IMG/VR virus record: IMGVR_UViG_3300045988_180190
Reading direction: 5' to 3' (one strand)
DNA from: a virus
DNA: 64,000 nucleotides
Below the pieces are notes generated by a model, which saw only the letters and a list, made by a program, of their open reading frames with translations, was not told where the DNA came from and searched no databases. The position numbers were made by a program, and so were the translations under genes. Numbering within the stretch: the stretch's first letter is position 1; each line of letters starts with the position of its first letter. Shown here piece by piece: positions 62,974 to 64,000 of this stretch.

Positions 62974-63948
62974 TTACTTTTTAGGCAATATGACGATCTC
63001 GTCAGAAAGTTTAATTTTCCCAGAGTTTAACCCATCCATTAATTCCTTCTCACTATTTAAAATCCATTTATTCTTTGCAGGTGTCGTAATTTGAGAGTTA
63101 GGTCCTAATATGTAATCTTGCTTTAATTTGTTAACCACCCTATAATCTCTTGCTGAGAATATTTGCTTAGAAGGTAAAAGGCGTTCTTTAATGTCTGCCT
63201 GTGCCTCGGGTAATGCGGGAACATGAACATTCATTGTATTCGAAAGTACAACGCCGCTATAATTAATAAAGGTTTCATACCCCGGAACTGTAAGGTCATA
63301 GCCGTCCAGATAAACTCCCGTATCCTCAATCAGATCAATAGTCGCAAACTCTAAACCTGGTTTATTAATCCAGTTAGCAAAATCATAGTTATCGTCAGTT
63401 TCTAAAACAAATTGTTTTAATTCTTTATCATAAGAAACTAAGGTAATAATTCCTACTCGATAAAATTCCTTTTGCACATCCCTTATTTCATTAAAATCAT
63501 CAAAGAATAAAGGAAATATAAATTCATCTTTGCTATATTTATGCTCTGCAAGCACTGAACATACAGGGATATTAATATCCAGTTCTTTAGCTTCCTCTGG
63601 TGTATGTCTTTCGTATTTTCCGGTATTTTTATTTAATCCATAGATTGCCCTTGGATCATCGTCCGTAAAAATCTGCAAGCCATTGGATAATGTAACAATA
63701 ACCAGTCGTCGTTTTGGATGTATTGAAAAACAACTTACATCAGCCCAGTCCCAACAGCCCTTATCTTCATTAAAAGCCAATGCTTTTAAATCCTGTGTTT
63801 CATAAAAATAAATGGGTCCGTTTTTACCTTCCGGATTTACATTAGTCAATTTACCATGAGGTATTTCAGACAAATCGGCCAAAAATACCGAATAACCCTC
63901 CGGAATATCTGGTAAATTTAAAAGCTCTGGATTTTTAATTGATTGCAT
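62974..63948 (-). CDS. RNA polymerase beta-prime fragment (segment just after the catalytic loop), preceded by a Hint/intein domain
   Basis: 324 aa. C-terminal 87 aa TMNVHVPALPEAQADIKERLL..KQDYILG match beta-prime QMAVHVPLS.EAQ......SQDVVLG as I recall it. Residues ~20-237 look like a mini-intein (..DLTVPGYETFINYSGVVLSN/T). Confidence 0.7.
   Translation of the reverse strand: MQSIKNPELLNLPDIPEGYSVFLADLSEIPHGKLTNVNPEGKNGPIYFYETQDLKALAFNEDKGCWDWADVSCFSIHPKRRLVIVTLSNGLQIFTDDDPRAIYGLNKNTGKYERHTPEEAKELDINIPVCSVLAEHKYSKDEFIFPLFFDDFNEIRDVQKEFYRVGIITLVSYDKELKQFVLETDDNYDFANWINKPGLEFATIDLIEDTGVYLDGYDLTVPGYETFINYSGVVLSNTMNVHVPALPEAQADIKERLLPSKQIFSARDYRVVNKLKQDYILGPNSQITTPAKNKWILNSEKELMDGLNSGKIKLSDEIVILPKK
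63238..63891 (-). other. Hint/mini-intein-like domain (N-terminal boundary uncertain)
   Basis: C-terminal blocks FATIDLIEDTGVYLDGYDLTVPGYETFINYSGVVLSN, then Thr+1. Internal LAFNEDKGCWDWADVSCFSIHPKRRLVIVTLSNGLQIFTDDDP follows the strand pattern of DnaB-type mini-inteins. Block-B His and the penultimate His are replaced (D, S). Confidence 0.6.
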
Positions 63949-64000
63949 TATTAGGATTTAATAATGCATAAACAAAAGCATATGTCAAAAAAAAAAAAAC

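Noticed and set aside
63732-63780. AFNED...DWAD in the 62974..63948 product as a degenerate NADFDGD catalytic loop, with the intein starting at Cys73.
   Set aside because: The spacing from Cys73 to the block-B-like TDDDP is far too short for a Hint fold. The segment LAFNEDKGCWDWADVSCFSIHPKRRLVIVTLSNG instead follows the internal strand pattern of DnaB-type mini-inteins. The resemblance to AYNAD is therefore probably coincidental.
63987-63999. A13 tract (T13 on the coding strand) just upstream of the last gene, as a possible terminator tail or slippery promoter element.
   Set aside because: It sits at the window edge with no upstream context, so it cannot be interpreted.
1-64000. Assignment of the window to crAss-like phages (AT-rich, long unidirectional structural block, RNAP near virion genes).
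   Set aside because: The RNAP pieces carry beta-prime motifs (VHVP..EAQ, SGARG, bridge helix), not the crAss-type giant polymerase signature. A sheath/tube-like gene pair and a tape-measure-sized gene point to a contractile tail.

Overview
AT-rich, almost entirely co-directional (minus-strand) late/structural region of a large tailed dsDNA phage or prophage. Functional calls rest on motifs I could read in the translations and on gene order; no searches were run.

Layout, left to right:
- 1-6 kb: mosaic tail fibres.
- 6-11.5 kb: baseplate-position genes.
- 11.5-15.6 kb: small regulatory island with a sigma-70-family factor.
- 15.5-22 kb: two very large Cys-rich structural proteins and a hub-position gene.
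- 22-31 kb: candidate tape measure, central spike, tube and sheath, suggesting a contractile tail.
- 31.7-33.3 kb: an apparently intact IS200/IS605 element (tnpA plus tnpB, the only convincing plus-strand gene), wedged exactly between the tail and head modules.
- 33-47 kb: head module (MCP candidate, decoration-like protein, scaffold, protease-like protein, portal candidate).
- 47-64 kb: two fragments of a multisubunit-RNAP beta-prime subunit, each carrying a Hint/intein domain. They are interleaved with proteins sharing an N-terminal NF-x-KFA tag, a glycine-zipper paralog family (one copy frameshift-split), a lysozyme-like protein, a GNAT fusion with Met/Pro repeats, and an island of secreted proteins and lipoproteins with a papain-like protease.

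I saw no rRNA, tRNA, CRISPR array, terminase or replication genes.

The candidates I consider most novel are the shared N-terminal tag set, the unusual Hint-first beta-prime fragment, and a TnpB without zinc-finger cysteines.
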